A DNA stretch of 63,299 bases, filler included, from Klebsormidium nitens (lineage: Eukaryota > Plantae > Klebsormidiophyceae): the NCBI GenBank assembly GCA_000708835.1. It is 4 parts of 4 records of this genome, joined end to end, with 100 filler letters (N's around TTAATTAATTAA, not from the genome) between each part and the next. Parts side by side here need not be neighbours in the genome. Positions count along the whole stretch, not along the records: positions 1 to 28,942 come from DF237791.1; positions 29,043 to 55,317 come from DF237842.1; 2 more parts are not named here. One strand, written 5' to 3'. Both the position numbers and the translations under genes were made by a program. This document shows, one piece after another, positions 12,752 to 31,503 of the stretch (position 1 is the first letter of the stretch; every line of letters begins with the position of its first letter). Under the pieces are notes generated by a model, which was not told where the DNA came from, made no database searches, and saw nothing but the letters and a program-made list of their open reading frames with translations.

Positions 12752-15700
12752 ATGGCGGCGGACCAGTACACGCTGCGCTGCGAGCTGCGAGGCCATGAGG
12801 AGGATGTGAGCGCGCTGATCCTCTGCTCACACTCACTGGTGGTGCTGCCAATGCTGGACAGCAATTCTCGCTAAGCTGCACTTAATTCTCAGCAGCTGTG
12901 GCTTGATCTCAACGAGCAGTGCGTTGTTTCAGCCTTCCTGACTTGTCTGTACGACGTGCTTGTTCCAGGTGCGCGGCGTGTGCGTCATCTCTGAGTCCAC
13001 CGTTGCAACTGGGTCCCGGGACAAGTCGGTGCGCGTGTGGTCCAGCGGGGAGGGTGGCGCCTTCGGGTTGAGCCAGACGCTGGTGGGCCACACCGACTTT
13101 GTGGGGCCTGTGCACTGGATCCCGCCTGGCGCGCAGTACGCTGCAGGGGCGCTGGTGTCGGGGAGCCGGGACACGCGCAGCCTCGTGTGGGACCTAGCGA
13201 CCGCGACGCCCATTGCTGAGCTGGCGGGGCATGCGTACCAGGTGAGCGGGCGCGCACAGGGGGGCCACGCATTATGGGGTCCTGAATGATCTGTCAATTG
13301 ACCTCCGGATTGAATCTGAGAAGTGTGAAGCTAGCTGGAGTCATGGGATAGTTTGAAAGGTGGTGGCTGTATTGGTGGCAAGTTTCGATCCAGTCAGCGA
13401 ATGAGTGTTCTGTTATTGAGCTGGCGCCCCTCACCCACCCGCAGGCAGAGTTCTGTGGAACACAACATGCTTTTTCAAGAGTTTCAGAAAAAGCACGTAT
13501 CCGTTGAATTATGGTGCCGATCGAAGCAAACCATCCCCGCTCTGAAACGGCGAGTTACTGATGGGAGGTACTCTTGCCATGATGTGGACTCTCCTCTCTT
13601 CTTGTGCAGGTGACTTCCCTGAACGTGACTGACATTGGCGACATTGTGTCTGGGTCCCTGGACAAGACGGCACGCGTGTGGCATGGCGCCAGCTGCGTGG
13701 CCACCTTGGAGGGGCACGAAGGCCCCGTCTTAGCGGTGCTGGCGCTGCCAGGGAGTGAGGCGGAGGGGGGCATTCTGACAGGGTCTGGGGACACACACAT
13801 CAGGCTGTGGCGAGGGGGAAAGGTGGTGCACACGTATAGGTGAGGGAAGAGGAGCATAGGAGTGGGATAGAGGAGGGCAAGCGAAACGGATAGAGGAGGG
13901 AAAAGGAGCGCTGGACAGACAGGCCTTCAGAAACGTCTGGCTTGAGGGAGAAGTCTTGGAGAGATTGGAACAGCAGTAAAGAAGAATCGCCCGTCAAGTG
14001 AAAGAGGAGCTCAGGGCGCAGGGCCTAACTTGTCTTTGGCTGGTTACTCAGTATTGCCGAGTCTGAATGTTGACTAGACCCAGGCTCGGTCTCCTGTTTT
14101 CAAAAGCCTAGCAAGTAGTCCAATGACGAAGACATCTCCCCTCGCTTCTGCAGCGGTCACACCGACACTGTCCGCGGGCTGGCGCTGTTCCCTGGCGTGG
14201 GCTTCGTGTCTGCGTCCCACGACGGCACAGCGCGCGTGTGGGCGGTGAGCGGTGAGACGCTGCTGCACCTGGTGGGCCACACCGCGCTCGTCTACCGCGT
14301 TGCGGTACACCCCCCCTCCGGCCTCATTGCCACCGCCAGCGAGGACAGCACCGCGCGAATCTGGCGCGACGACGCGTGTGTGCAGACTCTGGAGCACCCG
14401 GGGTGCGTCTGGGACTGCGCGTTCCTGCCCAATGGGGACCTGCTCACCGCCTGCGCCGACGGCGTGGCGCGCATCTGGACAACGGCCGCAGAGCGGGCTG
14501 CGCCGGCTGAGGTGCAGGAGGCTCTGAGGAGCGTGGTGGCGGCGCGGGCGGCAGCGAGCAAGACGGTCGGGGGGGTGAAGGTGGAGGACCTGCCGGGGGT
14601 GGAGGCGCTGCAGGAGAGCGGCAAGAAGGAGGGGCAGACGCTGGTGGTGCGGGAGGGGGGGGTCGCAGTGGCCTACAGCTGGAGCGCCAAGGAGTACCAG
14701 TGGGAGAAGGTGAGCCGCCCAGCACGCCCTACGCGTAAATGGGAACATGGAGTCCTGCTTGCCAGCTACCTTCAGGATGCATTAATTGTGCCTGTTCCGC
14801 TAAAGCAGGAATCCGGATCTTCGCTTGGTTCCATGTGGAAACCTCCCTTTAGAGGCAACCTTCCTCGGATGTGACAACAAGTCGAGCTCCACGCAACATG
14901 TCGTCTGCAGTGACTTGGGCTGAGCGGCCCTGAAGCGACAAATGATGACTTGAACTTGCGTTGTGTCTACTGTTCCAACAACGGCGCCTCTTCGTGACTG
15001 CGGCTGTCGTTGCTGCAGGTGGGCGAGGTCGTGGATGGTCCTGACACGGTGTCCGCAGGCCGCCCCACGTTCGCGGGCACCGAGTACGACTTCGTATTTG
15101 ACGTCGACATCGGGGATGGTGTGCCCCCGCGCAAGCTGCCCGTGAACGCCGACGACAACCCGTACACCGTGGCCGACCGCTGGCTGCTGGACAACGAGCT
15201 GCCCCTCGCTTACCGCGAGCAGATTGTGGACTTCATCATCAAGAACACGGGCGGCGCGCAGCCAATGCCCATGGAGGGCGTCATCGCCGACCCCTTCACC
15301 GGCGGCAACGCCTACGTCCCGCCCCCTGCCGGCGCAGCACGGACCCCAGCTGCTGCCGCGCCTCCCCCCCTGAACGCCGATCCTTTCACCGGCTCTGCCG
15401 CAACCCGTGGCGGGGCTGGCGCGTCGACGTCGGGTGCGACGGCGGGGCTGGTGCACGTGCCGAAGCGCGGGTACCTGGTGTTTGACAGCGCGCCGTGGGA
15501 CAGCCTGGCCAAGAAGCTGCGCGAGTTCAGCGCAGGCCTGGCCGCGCAGCCAGACACGGCGCACCTCGCGCTCACCAGGCAGGATGACGCGCGGCTGCAG
15601 GTGAGATCTAGAGCCGCCGAAATCCGGAGTTTGTAGGTATTGTTGTCGTAGGAGACCAGAAGACAGGAAGTTATAGGAACGCGAACGAACTCTTGGTCTT

Positions 15701-16979
15701 ACTCGGTTGCACAGAGCGTCTCACAGACAACCTTTTCATGTGATGGCACGACAACGCAGTAGGCCTTAGTAAATGTTACGGCGTGCACGGTTTATGCTGT
15801 GCAGAAGGGTCCAGCAATCCTGTCGCTTGACTGATGTCTACTCGCCCTTCTGGTGGCAGGCCATCGTGGAGACGCTGCAGGCGACGAGCCGGTACCACGC
15901 GTCCACCTTTGCCGCGGCGGACTACGCTCTGGTGGGCAAGCTGTGCTCGTGGCCCGCGCCGCAGCTCTTCCCCGCGCTGGACCTGCTGCGCATGCTGCTG
16001 CTGCACCCCGACGCCGCGCGCCACTACGCGGGGCCCGGTCAGACCGCGCTCTGGGCCGCGCTGCAGGCCGCCGCCAGCGGGGCGCCGCCGCTGCCCGCCA
16101 ACCTGGTGACCGCCACCAGAACCGCCGTCAACACGTTCCGCCACAGCGCCCTGCAGGATTGGGCCGCCGCACATCAAACACAGGTATGCCGCCACAACAC
16201 GTGCCACATAGTATGAGAGCGACTGAGGGGAAATTTGCGTGAGGTCGGCTATCAGAAGGACGTGCTTGATGTTTTCTCTTCGGCGTCGTTAGTTGTATGC
16301 AGACCTGTCTGCCTGTGACAAATACTGGGTGCGATGGTATTGTCACTGTTTGGGTGCGAGGGGGCTGTGGCGCTCGTTGCTGAGGCGGTTGGCGCGGGGT
16401 GCGGTGCAGGTGCTGGACTTGTTGGCCGACTGCGGGAGTGCTGGCGCCAGCAAGGGCGTGAAGCTGGGGTACGCCACGCTGCTGCTCAACTACGCGGTGC
16501 GCCTCACGGGCAGCGCCGCCGCGCAGGCGGACGAGGACGCGCAGCTGCAGACCTTGTCGGGGGCAGTGGAGCTGGCGGGCAACGCGCAGCAGGAGGCCGA
16601 CCAGGAGGCGCTCTACCGCGCGCTGCTCGCAATAGGCACGCTGGTGAGGGGCGGCCTCCAGCAACCCGGGCAAGCGTACTCGTGCTCGCTTCTTCTCTTG
16701 CCCGCTTCTGCTGGTTGCTGGGTGTTGCTGGATGCAGTGAGGCATCCTGGTCATCAACAGCTGCTCAAAAGATACGGCTGTGTCGCAGGCGCGCCGACGG
16801 GGCTGAGGAGACTGGCTTACACTTGCTTAAAAGCCTCTTCCTCATTGCAGATTCTCAACGGGAAGGTCAAGCACGTGGCTCAAGATCTCGGGGTGGTCAA
16901 GCTAGCAGACGGCTGTCGCAAGTCGTCCGATAAAAAGCTTCAAGAAGTTGCTGCAGACATCACGAAGTTGCTGAGCTAG
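12752..16979 (+). CDS. PLAA: Phospholipase A-2-activating protein / DOA1-UFD3 (WD40-PFU-PUL), multi-exon
   Basis: MAADQYTLRCELRGHEED start and WD40 repeats (GSRDKSVRVW, GSLDKTARVW, SASHDGTARVW). PFU domain (EYDFVFDVDIGDG...NPYTVADRWL...YREQIVDFIIKN, ADPFTGGNAY). PUL domain (LCSWPAPQLFPALDLLRMLLLHP, LYRALLAIGTL). Stop at 16979. Confidence 0.93.
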
Positions 16980-17723
16980 CGCGCACCTCGGGCATTTTCA
17001 ACCTTCCATTGACATGGTATACTCCGATTCTTAGCATCATTAGCATCCTCCAAATTTCTCATCCTGGTGACGTTCTGATCTGCAATCTATCTTATATACG
17101 AGTCGATTCTTCCGACCCTCCTGGTTGAACGTGACGATTCATGCAGCGCAGGTTCTGCTTTGCCACTGATCTGGAGCATTTTTGACCATTGTTGAAAATT
17201 ATGGTCCGATGTTTTTCGATCGCCGCGGGTTAGACGTACGCAGTATATATATGCATGGTCACTAGCTATACGTATGCACATGGTAGCTATACGTATGCAA
17301 ATCTCAGTTGCACAACAATTATAATGATCTGAGATTATTGATTGTAAGATCACGCATATGTGTCGGATAAGTTGACCGTCCCGAATTTAATTCAACGACA
17401 GATATATGTACCGCCGCGCGTACGTTTACTTGAATATGATCAATTCCAAAATATCGACAAGTATCGAGACGGTTACATTCAAGGATCGCATGTCATCCGT
17501 GTTGCTTTTGAACTTTATATGAGCCTTGCTTGGATCGAGCCGTTAAGTTTGAAGCTTGATGAGTCACCGGCAATCTGACATGCAGGCCCGTCGAAATCGT
17601 CGGGAAAGGGCGCGGCCAACGCAGGCTGTGCTAGGCATGATCATGAAGCGAAGGCAATGCATCTGTTAAGCTAGGGCGTTCGATCTTGACCCTGAAAAGA
17701 GGAATTGTCATTGTCGCAAAATG

Positions 17724-19756
17724 TTATGACTTTGATACGCCGGCTTCTTCCGGAGTCTTGGTACTCAGTGAGAGCGCATGGAGACCGTTTGCAAACTCTT
17801 CTTGTAGCAGTTGGTAGACCGCTCTGTGTCGCTTGACCACGTTCATACCGTCAAACGCGTTTGAGACGATTTTGACGCTGCGAAACCATGCAAAGATCGC
17901 CGTCAGAGAGAGCATCCAACATCGATTTGGCACAAGTACCTGAATGCACGACAAGCCCAAGGCCGGCTAGACAAGGCAAGTGGACGCTTCATGTGTATGC
18001 CTTCAATTCTCTAGAAGAAGGGACTTTAAACTTTGGAAGAGTGGCCGAAGCATCCTCTACCTCCGAAAGGTATGGGTGCTGCGAGGATGGAGAACCACAC
18101 GCGGATTTCGCCATGGAGAAGTGTGAACGAACTGCGTGGAAGCTCACTTGAAGTGCGTTTCCGAGGCCCCCTTGTGCACACCGGCGTGGCCAGCATGCTG
18201 ATGGGACTCATCCTCGATCTCAAGGGCAACAGGAGAGAGACCCGCCTCCAACTGCGCAAGCAAATATGCGAAATTTACTCCCCAGACCTGGATTTGCCGA
18301 GTCTTCTGGTTTTACACATGCATTGCACATGTGCAGTTGAATCTCGGAATGTGGGTTTTTCGCTGCGGTGCTGTCATTCACAGGAAGGCGAAAAGAATAA
18401 GCGAATGTCAAGGGCAAGCTCGAGGCCAGCAGGGAGCCCATGCAGGCAGTTGGGACTGCTGCCTTCATAACCAGGGCAAGCCCAAGACAGCCCCTGTCCT
18501 CCTGCCCCTGCGAAAGACATGCTGCTCACCTTCTCCTTCATGCCTGTGTAGATGGGCCGCCCGTTGTTCCCGTTCACACTGTGGACTTGAGCTGCCCCGG
18601 TGGACCCGCCAGAACTGCTCCCTGACGGATCCTCCTTGCTTCCGTTCGAAGTGCCGGCAACCTCTGCATCTCCGCCACTTGGTTCAGCTGATTGCACCCC
18701 AGGCGACCCCCCTAATGAGGCGCTGCTGCTCTCTTCCAGTTTCCGGCGCTTCTCCTGCTCCATGAAGAGCGCCAGCGTCCTCTTCTGCATGAGCAGCAGC
18801 ATGTTGAGAAAGCCGTTGTTGCGGCTGGGCGTCAGCTTCTGCGAGAGGCCCAGCAGCTGGATGAAGTCGGGCTGGATGCGCAGGATCTGAGAGGGGGTGG
18901 CGCCGCTCAGCCCCTCCACCAGCAGCGCCGCCAGGCCCTTGGTCAGCTGGCTGTCGCTGTCCGCCGCAAAGTACACCAGGCCGTCCTCGCCCAGCGACGG
19001 CTTCACCCACACCTGGGACACGCAGCCCACCACCTTGTTCTCCTGCACACAACGACAACCCAAATTGCACACGCAGCAGCAGCCGAGGTACCGGGGATCA
19101 ACAATGCCAACAGGCGCCCGGAAGAAGGTGCCTTTTGCAGCAGAATCTGCACCTAGACTTGGCAATTGGACAACATATTGATCAGCACTTGGTTACAGAC
19201 CGCAGACAGCTGACGTTTGTTTGCCCCCACCAGCGACAGCATTCTCAATTATGGAGAAAAGGAAAAGCATCTGCAACAGAGCGGTGGTTGTGCGGACCTG
19301 CACATGATACTCTGGTGCCAGAGGCTTCAACTTGCTTGCATAGTAGAGCAGTTGCTTGTAGCGTTGCGTGGCATCTGGCACCATTTGAAATCCTTTCACG
19401 ATCTTTTGCAGGTTCTCAGGCAGCTCTTCAACAGAGCAGGTGGTCCGGCTCCCTGTGCTGGCCCCCACAGCAGGCAATGCTGTTGCGCGGTTGATGAAAA
19501 CACTTTTTAACAAGCATCCACTATCTGCAATACATGTCTGCCCCGCCAACCGCCCAAGGTCAAGCTTCTGCTTATGTCTCCTGCCTGTTGCTGGCCTCCA
19601 GCGAAACCCTGCAGTTTTAAGGAGGCCAGCTGCAGATGAGCTTGTGAAGCAGGGCGCCCTCCAATCGGAGCTGGCCCTGTTGAATGTTTGCCGCCCGCCA
19701 TACGGACTTTCAAGACGCACTGCTGCCCCACAACGAGCTGACATGACTGTCTCCAT
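17724..19756 (-). CDS. SUFE1: Plastid SufE1 (transit peptide + SufE + C-terminal BolA), 4 exons
   Basis: Exons 19756-19298, 19042-18530, 18251-18148 and 17877-17724 join in phase. SufE ENKVVGCVSQVWV, DSDSQLTKGLAALL, LTPSRNNGFLNML. BolA EDESHQHAGH...ETHF, VKRHRAVYQLL...GLHALSL. Confidence 0.95.
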
Positions 19757-20125
19757 GTTCAAGAACTTCTTCTACAGAAGATCCCTCACACGCCTTTACC
19801 ACCACGAGACCACCAGTAGTAGCGCCACTATGTACTAGTAGAGCGCGCCCCTGATGAAGCGCCTGCACGAAGCGTGTCAACATTTGGAAGTGTAGGATAG
19901 CTATGGCCCTGGCCCTGGGACTTTAAGTTGCATGAATGCAAGTTGAAGTGAAGTTCTCTTTGTCTGTGAACACAAGACTTCGAAAACCCTGCTGAATTTG
20001 CGCGAGCGAGCTAGCGCAGCCCCTTTGAACGAATGAGAGAGCTTTCGCCGACCACGTGGTCCAGGAAGTACAGCTGTATTCCATAGATCGAATTGCAATT
20101 TGCAGCTAGAATCTTTCTCTAACTT

Positions 20126-20622
20126 ACGGCCTTTTCACAAGAGACCGGAGTTTGACCGGAGTTCAAACTCAGGTCGTTCATTAACAATTTTGCGACCGGA
20201 GTTTGTGCCACGTCGGATTTCCAAACTCCGGTCGAACTCCGGTCAAACTCCGGCTAGGGGCAAAAAACTCCGGAGGCCTCTGAGTTCGACCGGAGTTTGC
20301 CGGAGGTAAAACTCGCACGCTGATTGGCTCGCGGATTGTGGCGCCTGCCACCGTGGCGAAAATTGGAGGTCAGGTACATGTAACAGTACAAACCTTGTAC
20401 AGATTGAGTACCTTTTTCCGCCAGGCCGGAAAAACTCGGCCCGACCGGTTTCACAGCGCCGGAGTTTGATCGACTGCAACTTTCATTGCCCATGTGGGAG
20501 TGACCTGGACAAGTACCTGACTTTGGTTGGGTGAAAGGCTGCCTCCCTGGCATCTTGAAACTCCGGTCGAACCCCGGTTGAACTCCGGTCAAACTCCGGT
20601 TTCTCCCTTGTGAAAAGGCCGT
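20126..20622. mobile_element. ~497-bp MITE, PIF/Harbinger-like TIRs
   Basis: Perfect 16-bp TIR acggccttttcacaag at 20126-20141 and 20607-20622. At least a dozen ACCGGAGTT(T/C)-like motifs inside, in both orientations. With a 15-bp TIR the flanks are tta/tca, an imperfect TWA-like TSD. No ORF. Confidence 0.8.
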
Positions 20623-21532
20623 CAGTGCCAAATCGATGAAGCTTGTCCTGTTCTGCCATTGATTGTCTGCTACCTTGGAGCAGATCTGAGGCGGAAAACA
20701 AAGGCAGAGCCTTTCAGAACGTCGTGCTATTGAACCTGTTTTGCTGGCATTGCCAGGTGCTCGGGTGGTGTGACCAGATCAGAACGCGGGTTGCATCTCA
20801 GGTATGTTCACCAGGAGCTGACTTCCTTTCAGAAGCTGCAGCTGCTGGATCATGTTATGCGTGTAAACATCTGCAACCCTGCCTTACTGGCATTGCATGT
20901 GCCATTCGTTCCCGACCCTTCTTGGTCTGAACAGGGAATACTGTGAGCAACCTTGTCTGGTTTGTGTTGAACGAAACTGGCAGTGAGATGGTGATAGTAT
21001 GCTAAATACTCACCAACAAAAGTAGCGTCCAGATCTCAGTCATACGTGCGTACTCCATTCCACCCCCAGAATCAACAGAGGTTGAAGCGGCAATGTGCAC
21101 TATCCTTGGCAACCATCAGATGTCAGTGGCGGCATCTGTTTGGGGCTGTTGTTGAAATTCCTGTTGAAAGCGCTAAGATCTTAAGCTTTCTTTAGTAGCC
21201 TAAGCCACAAGTCAATGTGTTCCTTTGGCTTTGCTTCGTTTTAACGGCGTGACCATTCGTTATCCGTTTCCTGTTGTTTGTTGGAGGGACGGCAGCGGCC
21301 GAGCGCTTTTCGCCAGAAAGTGTATCACAATGGGCATCTTCCAGCTTATTTGTGGAGACATCAACATTTGGAAGGTTATGCAGATTACAAGCTTTGATTG
21401 ATCTGATACTAAATGTGTGGTGCCTAGTTCGAAACGACATCGGTTTGCAGTGACCGCCGCAGCTTCGCTTAGTCCACATTGATTCTGAACGTGTAGCCAG
21501 TTTTTCTCACTGCGCTCCTTTCAGGTGCCACC

Positions 21533-27310
<5,778 letters not shown>

Positions 27311-28942
27311 GACCTTGTCCTGTAAGCAACAGTACGGTACGTGCCAGGTAGTTCCGAAATGCCGGATGTCTATAGACGGAGTAATGAGTTGATACAGAGG
27401 AGGATGCAGTTTTGTTCTCAGGGTGAGGAATGCAGTGGCTTGTGGCTAGGGAATTCAACCGCTATATGCTCATGCGAGTTTACATTAAGTAACTAATCAA
27501 CGTGGTCATTGTTGGCAAACCGGTCACTGAGTGAGTCCAAAGCCTGGACTCTGACCATATATACTTACCGGTAATTGGATATTTCAACTTGAAAGCTCCG
27601 TCGGACCCGACGTACTCCGGCGCTCGTCCATCATATTTACTTGCACTATTTGATAGTATGCTGGCATCTGTAAACATACCCTGTCGGACATTAATGCATA
27701 CATGCCAATAAGTACGTAGAAAATCTGGCATTGCACCACATGCATGGCATACGTACTTGATGCAATGATGTATGTGGTGCAGACTCGCCACATGGCACAG
27801 CGGTCGGCCGGCCGGATTCGATCGTGACGTACGTACCGGATTGAGATGGTCGACTTTAACTCATGCTTGACATACTATATACTGCGCATGCATGGCCAGA
27901 TGTAGTGACCACGATTAGAAAGCTGTATGAACCATGGTTATTTATAAGCTATATATAGATGAATTATATTAATATGTCGAACTGAGTCATGCACGATTGC
28001 ATCCGTGTCATGTGCAGGCTGAGATTGAAGGCGCTGAGAATTACTCGATCGAATGCAGCCGTAGTAAGCTGCAGTGTCAACGAACAAACTATCTGAGTTT
28101 GGTAATTAAAGAGTGACTAAATACTAAACAGCGCCCGGCGGCCGGGTGCCACCATGATTACGGTGCGATAAATAAATTGACTATGTGCATGCAGTGCATT
28201 CATGCTGCATTGCTGCAATGATGATGGCTTATAAGGTTTCGCGTCGACCGAAATGGCTGAGCGCTCATCTCCGGTCCTCCGGACCAATGAGAACGCTTCA
28301 AGCGATCGATCACGTGGCATGAGAAGTACAGACCTCAGGCCTGGTACAGAATTTTGCTAGAGAGGCAGTGTACAAATTTGTACGCGGATCGGAGATGCAA
28401 AGCTTGACAAGTTGTGAGCCCAGCAGTTTTTGGTCGACGCGGAACCTAACTTATATAGCGCGGCATCATCCGCCGCCGAGAATCTGTCAATCGCGATCAG
28501 ACTCATCATCATTGCAATCAAATTAATCGTAAGTTAATTGCAACATTTGCATGCCATCTAGCTAGCTGCCAAAATTTGGTCGATGCAAAATTTGCATGCA
28601 GCCTTTCAAACTTGAACAAGTTAGGCTTGCATGCAAAAACAACTTGAAACAGTTAACTATTTGCAATCGCGAACGGCTCATGCATTATTTACAGTTATAG
28701 CAGGCAACAACCCTAACTTGAACCCAAAGCTCAAAGTAACATTTCAATGGTTGCAACCAATTAACATGCCATTTAACTATGTTCTTCACGCATCTTTTCG
28801 ATCCGGCCTTTCTCAATTGAAGTTGAACTTAATTAAGCAATTTTAATGTACTATCATATAACATATTGGGTCGATTATGTTTTCATCGAGTCTGTGACGG
28901 TTGGACAGGGTCACACGCTGCCTGTCTACTTCACATGTGCGG

Positions 28943-29042
28943 NNNNNNNNNNNNNNNNNNNNNNNNNNNNNNNNNNNNNNNNNNNNTTAATTAATTAANN
29001 NNNNNNNNNNNNNNNNNNNNNNNNNNNNNNNNNNNNNNNNNN
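28943..29042. other. Synthetic assembly spacer N44-TTAATTAATTAA-N44
   Basis: The identical 100-bp cassette recurs at 55318-55417 and 60523-60622. TTAATTAATTAA has stops in all six frames. Confidence 0.9.
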
Positions 29043-30104
29043 TTCCTTGAGAATGAAGACTTGGAGAAGAAACGCGCCCCCTGCAATTGATCAATAAGAT
29101 CGTCAGCACGTGGGAGTGGGTACGCGTTTCGTACGGTTTGCTTGTTCAAACCCCGGTAGTCGATGCAGAAGCGCAGACCCCCGTCCTTCTTGGGGGCGAA
29201 CAGGACCGGGGCGCCCCACGGGGAGGAGCTGGGGCGAATGAACCCCTTGGCCAGGAGGTCGTCGAGTGTGCGGCGCAGCTCTTCGAGCTCTGCAGGGGAC
29301 AACCGGTAGATAGGGCGGTTGACGGGAGTGGCCCCCGGCAGAAGCTCGATCTTGAATAGCATGCCCCGGTCCGGTGGGAGTTCGCTCGGAAGATCTTCGG
29401 GGAAGACGTCAGCGTACTCCTTGCGCAGGGTGTCGCATCGCTCGGCTTCAGGTGCGAGGTTGGTACCGTCAGGTGTAACGTTAGGAACGACCTGGAAAAC
29501 CGGGTGCTTCTTGCGAAGCATTTTGTTAATCTCCACAGAGTTCAAGACACGCGACCCATATTCCTTCTTCGGGGCCCGTTTGGAAGGCTTCCCAGCCTCC
29601 AGCNNNNNNNNNNNNNNNNNNNNNNNNNNNNNNNNNNNNNNNNNNNNNNNNNNNNNNNNNNNNNNNNNNNNNNNNNNNNNNNNGGCCTGCGTGTACGAAG
29701 GAGATAGTACGCCGGTGCCAATCAACCTGTTTATTCCCGGATTCCAACCAAGGGAGACCGAGAATGACATCATACTTAAGTGACGTCAGGGTGAAATGTA
29801 GGTCTTCAGAATAGTGAGGCCCGACATTTAGCCGTACGGGCTCACGTGTTCTGCTGACCGGTTGCTGTGACCGGTCGGCTAGTTCTACGAACTGACCGGG
29901 ACAATCCTCAACAGCAATACCAGCAGACAAGGCAAAATCTCGAGACATCACAATGTCAGTGCTACCAGAATCGATGAGGATACGAGCTGACCGACCTGCA
30001 ATCTGACCACGAAGAAACATCAAGCGACTGGACTGAGGAAGCGAAGATGCTCCCGAACGAGCCGACCGGTCCGTACCACCGTCACGACCTGAGTCAGCAT
30101 GCAA
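29043..30104 (-). CDS. Retrotransposon pol (aspartic protease + N-terminal RT), interrupted by N gaps
   Basis: ORFs 29526-30104 (DSGS protease) and 28991-29773 (RT). The frame change falls at the N gap 29604-29683. Truncated by the spacer. Confidence 0.88.
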
Positions 30105-30130
30105 GCCACCAGTAGAGGGTCCGGGTTCAC

Positions 30131-31435
30131 CTACTGGGGCGTGAAGTTTTCCGAACCCCTCGGTTCGGGGCCCCAGTCGATGAGATCGGGCTGCTCACAG
30201 GGTTGCTGCTCGACTTGGTTAACTCGGGGCCTCTGTGCCGGCCTGCTGGAGTCTGGTGGGTAGTTGGGGCAGTTTGGTGCAATGTGCCCCAGCTGGCGAC
30301 AACGGAAGCAGCCCCCGAGCTTGCGGAGTCGGTCACGCTCAGTCTGCGTAAGGGGTTTACGTTTGTTCAGTGCATCGATCTCCATGGGGGTAGGGACCGG
30401 GTCAGGGAGAAATGGGTTAGGCGCAAAACGAGGACCAGAACCCTGAAACTGCCCAGGACGAGACCCTGTAAACCTGTTACCTAACTCAGGAAAAGCCATG
30501 CCAGAGATCAGGGAATTATACCGGTCAGCCATACGGATAGCCTCATCAAGGGTCTCAGGCTCCCTCATGATAACCTCCCTACGGGTCTGGGTCTTGAGAC
30601 CCCTGACGAAGCGATCAAGCTGCTCTGTAAGATCAATCCCTGGGATCTGCATAACAAGCTCCTGGAACTGACGCACATACTCATGAACGCTACCCGTCTG
30701 CTTGAGAGAAGCGAGCTTGTCTCGTGCATGGCGGGTAGCGTTCACAGCTGTGAAGCGACTGACAAGCAATGACTCGAATGTCTCCCAAACTGTAAGCTCA
30801 TGCATGCGTGCTCCAGCCTGCTCGGACGTGAGTCTCCACCAAGTCTGAGCAGAACCCTCCAAGAGACTCGCTGCAAAGNNNNNNNNNNNNNNNNNNNNNN
30901 NNNNNNNNNNNNNNNNNNNNNNNNNNNNNNNNNNNNNNNNNNNNNNNNNNNNNNNNNNNNNNNNNNNNNNNNNNNNNNNNNNNNNNNNNNNNNNNNNNNN
31001 NNNNNNNNNNNNNNNNNNNNNNNNNNNNNNNNNNNNNNNNNNNNNNNNNNNNNNNNNNNNNNNNNNNNACCAACGTACTGAGCAGAACCCTCCAACGAGA
31101 CTCGCTGCAAAGAACACTCTCCTATCTGCAGGCATGGAATGGTAACCAAAATACTGTGTGCAAGCAAAAATAAAATTGTCCACAGCCCCTGGAAGCTGTG
31201 AACCGACGTAGGCCTTGGGCTTGGGCATCCTCGGAAGATCCCCAGCCCTTTGAACCACCGGTGCGGGAGCAAGCGTCTCTGCAGGGGCCTGTGCAGCTGC
31301 AGCTTGCTGGCGACCAGCCAGCTCTTCCTGCAGTCTCAGGTTGTCGCCCCTCAGCTGGGAAATGGTCTCCGCCATGAGAGCCATTTGCACCTCCACTTGA
31401 GCAGCCACGGAGCCTCCAGCAGTCTCATCCCCCAT
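30131..31435 (-). CDS. Retrotransposon gag (contains N gap)
   Basis: Retrotrans_gag-like FTAVNATRHARDKLASLKQTGSVHEYVRQF, PVPTPMEIDA and a CCHC knuckle. Confidence 0.9.
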   Translation of the reverse strand: MGDETAGGSVAAQVEVQMALMAETISQLRGDNLRLQEELAGRQQAAAAQAPAETLAPAPVVQRAGDLPRMPKPKAYVGSQLPGAVDNFIFACTQYFGYHSMPADRRVFFAASLVGGFCSVRWXXXXXXXXXXXXXXXXXXXXXXXXXXXXXXXXXXXXXXXXXXXXXXXXXXXXXXXXXXXXXXXXFAASLLEGSAQTWWRLTSEQAGARMHELTVWETFESLLVSRFTAVNATRHARDKLASLKQTGSVHEYVRQFQELVMQIPGIDLTEQLDRFVRGLKTQTRREVIMREPETLDEAIRMADRYNSLISGMAFPELGNRFTGSRPGQFQGSGPRFAPNPFLPDPVPTPMEIDALNKRKPLTQTERDRLRKLGGCFRCRQLGHIAPNCPNYPPDSSRPAQRPRVNQVEQQPCEQPDLIDWGPEPRGSENFTPQ

Positions 31436-31491
31436 GATGACCCCTGCTGAGCTGAGTTTGAGCTGAGAACAAGTGAAGGATCAAGAGAAAC

Positions 31492-31502
31492 CTCTGATAC
31501 CA
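31492..31502 (-). promoter_or_regulatory. Primer-binding site complementary to initiator tRNA-Met 3' end
   Basis: Minus strand TGGTATCAGAG lies one base inside the LTR end ...TTCACA. Confidence 0.88.
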
Positions 31503-31503
31503 G

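Noticed and set aside
27561-27569. U1 snRNA 5' end (ATACTTACC)
   Set aside because: The following sequence does not continue as U1 and I see no Sm site or stem-loops.
28893-28942. TGTGACGG... as the 3' LTR of the gypsy element
   Set aside because: It diverges from the 5' LTR end (tgtgaacggaagcg) after a few bases and has no matching TSD. It may be another element's end, but only 50 bp are visible.
28987-28998. TTAATTAATTAA as a biological motif (e.g. piggyBac target)
   Set aside because: It is always centred between exactly 44 Ns on each side, so it is an assembly linker.
30846-31112. Apparent internal duplication in gag (tgagcagaaccctccaa...gctgcaaag on both sides of an N gap)
   Set aside because: Both copies abut the gap, so this is most likely overlapping, low-quality contig ends rather than a real duplication.
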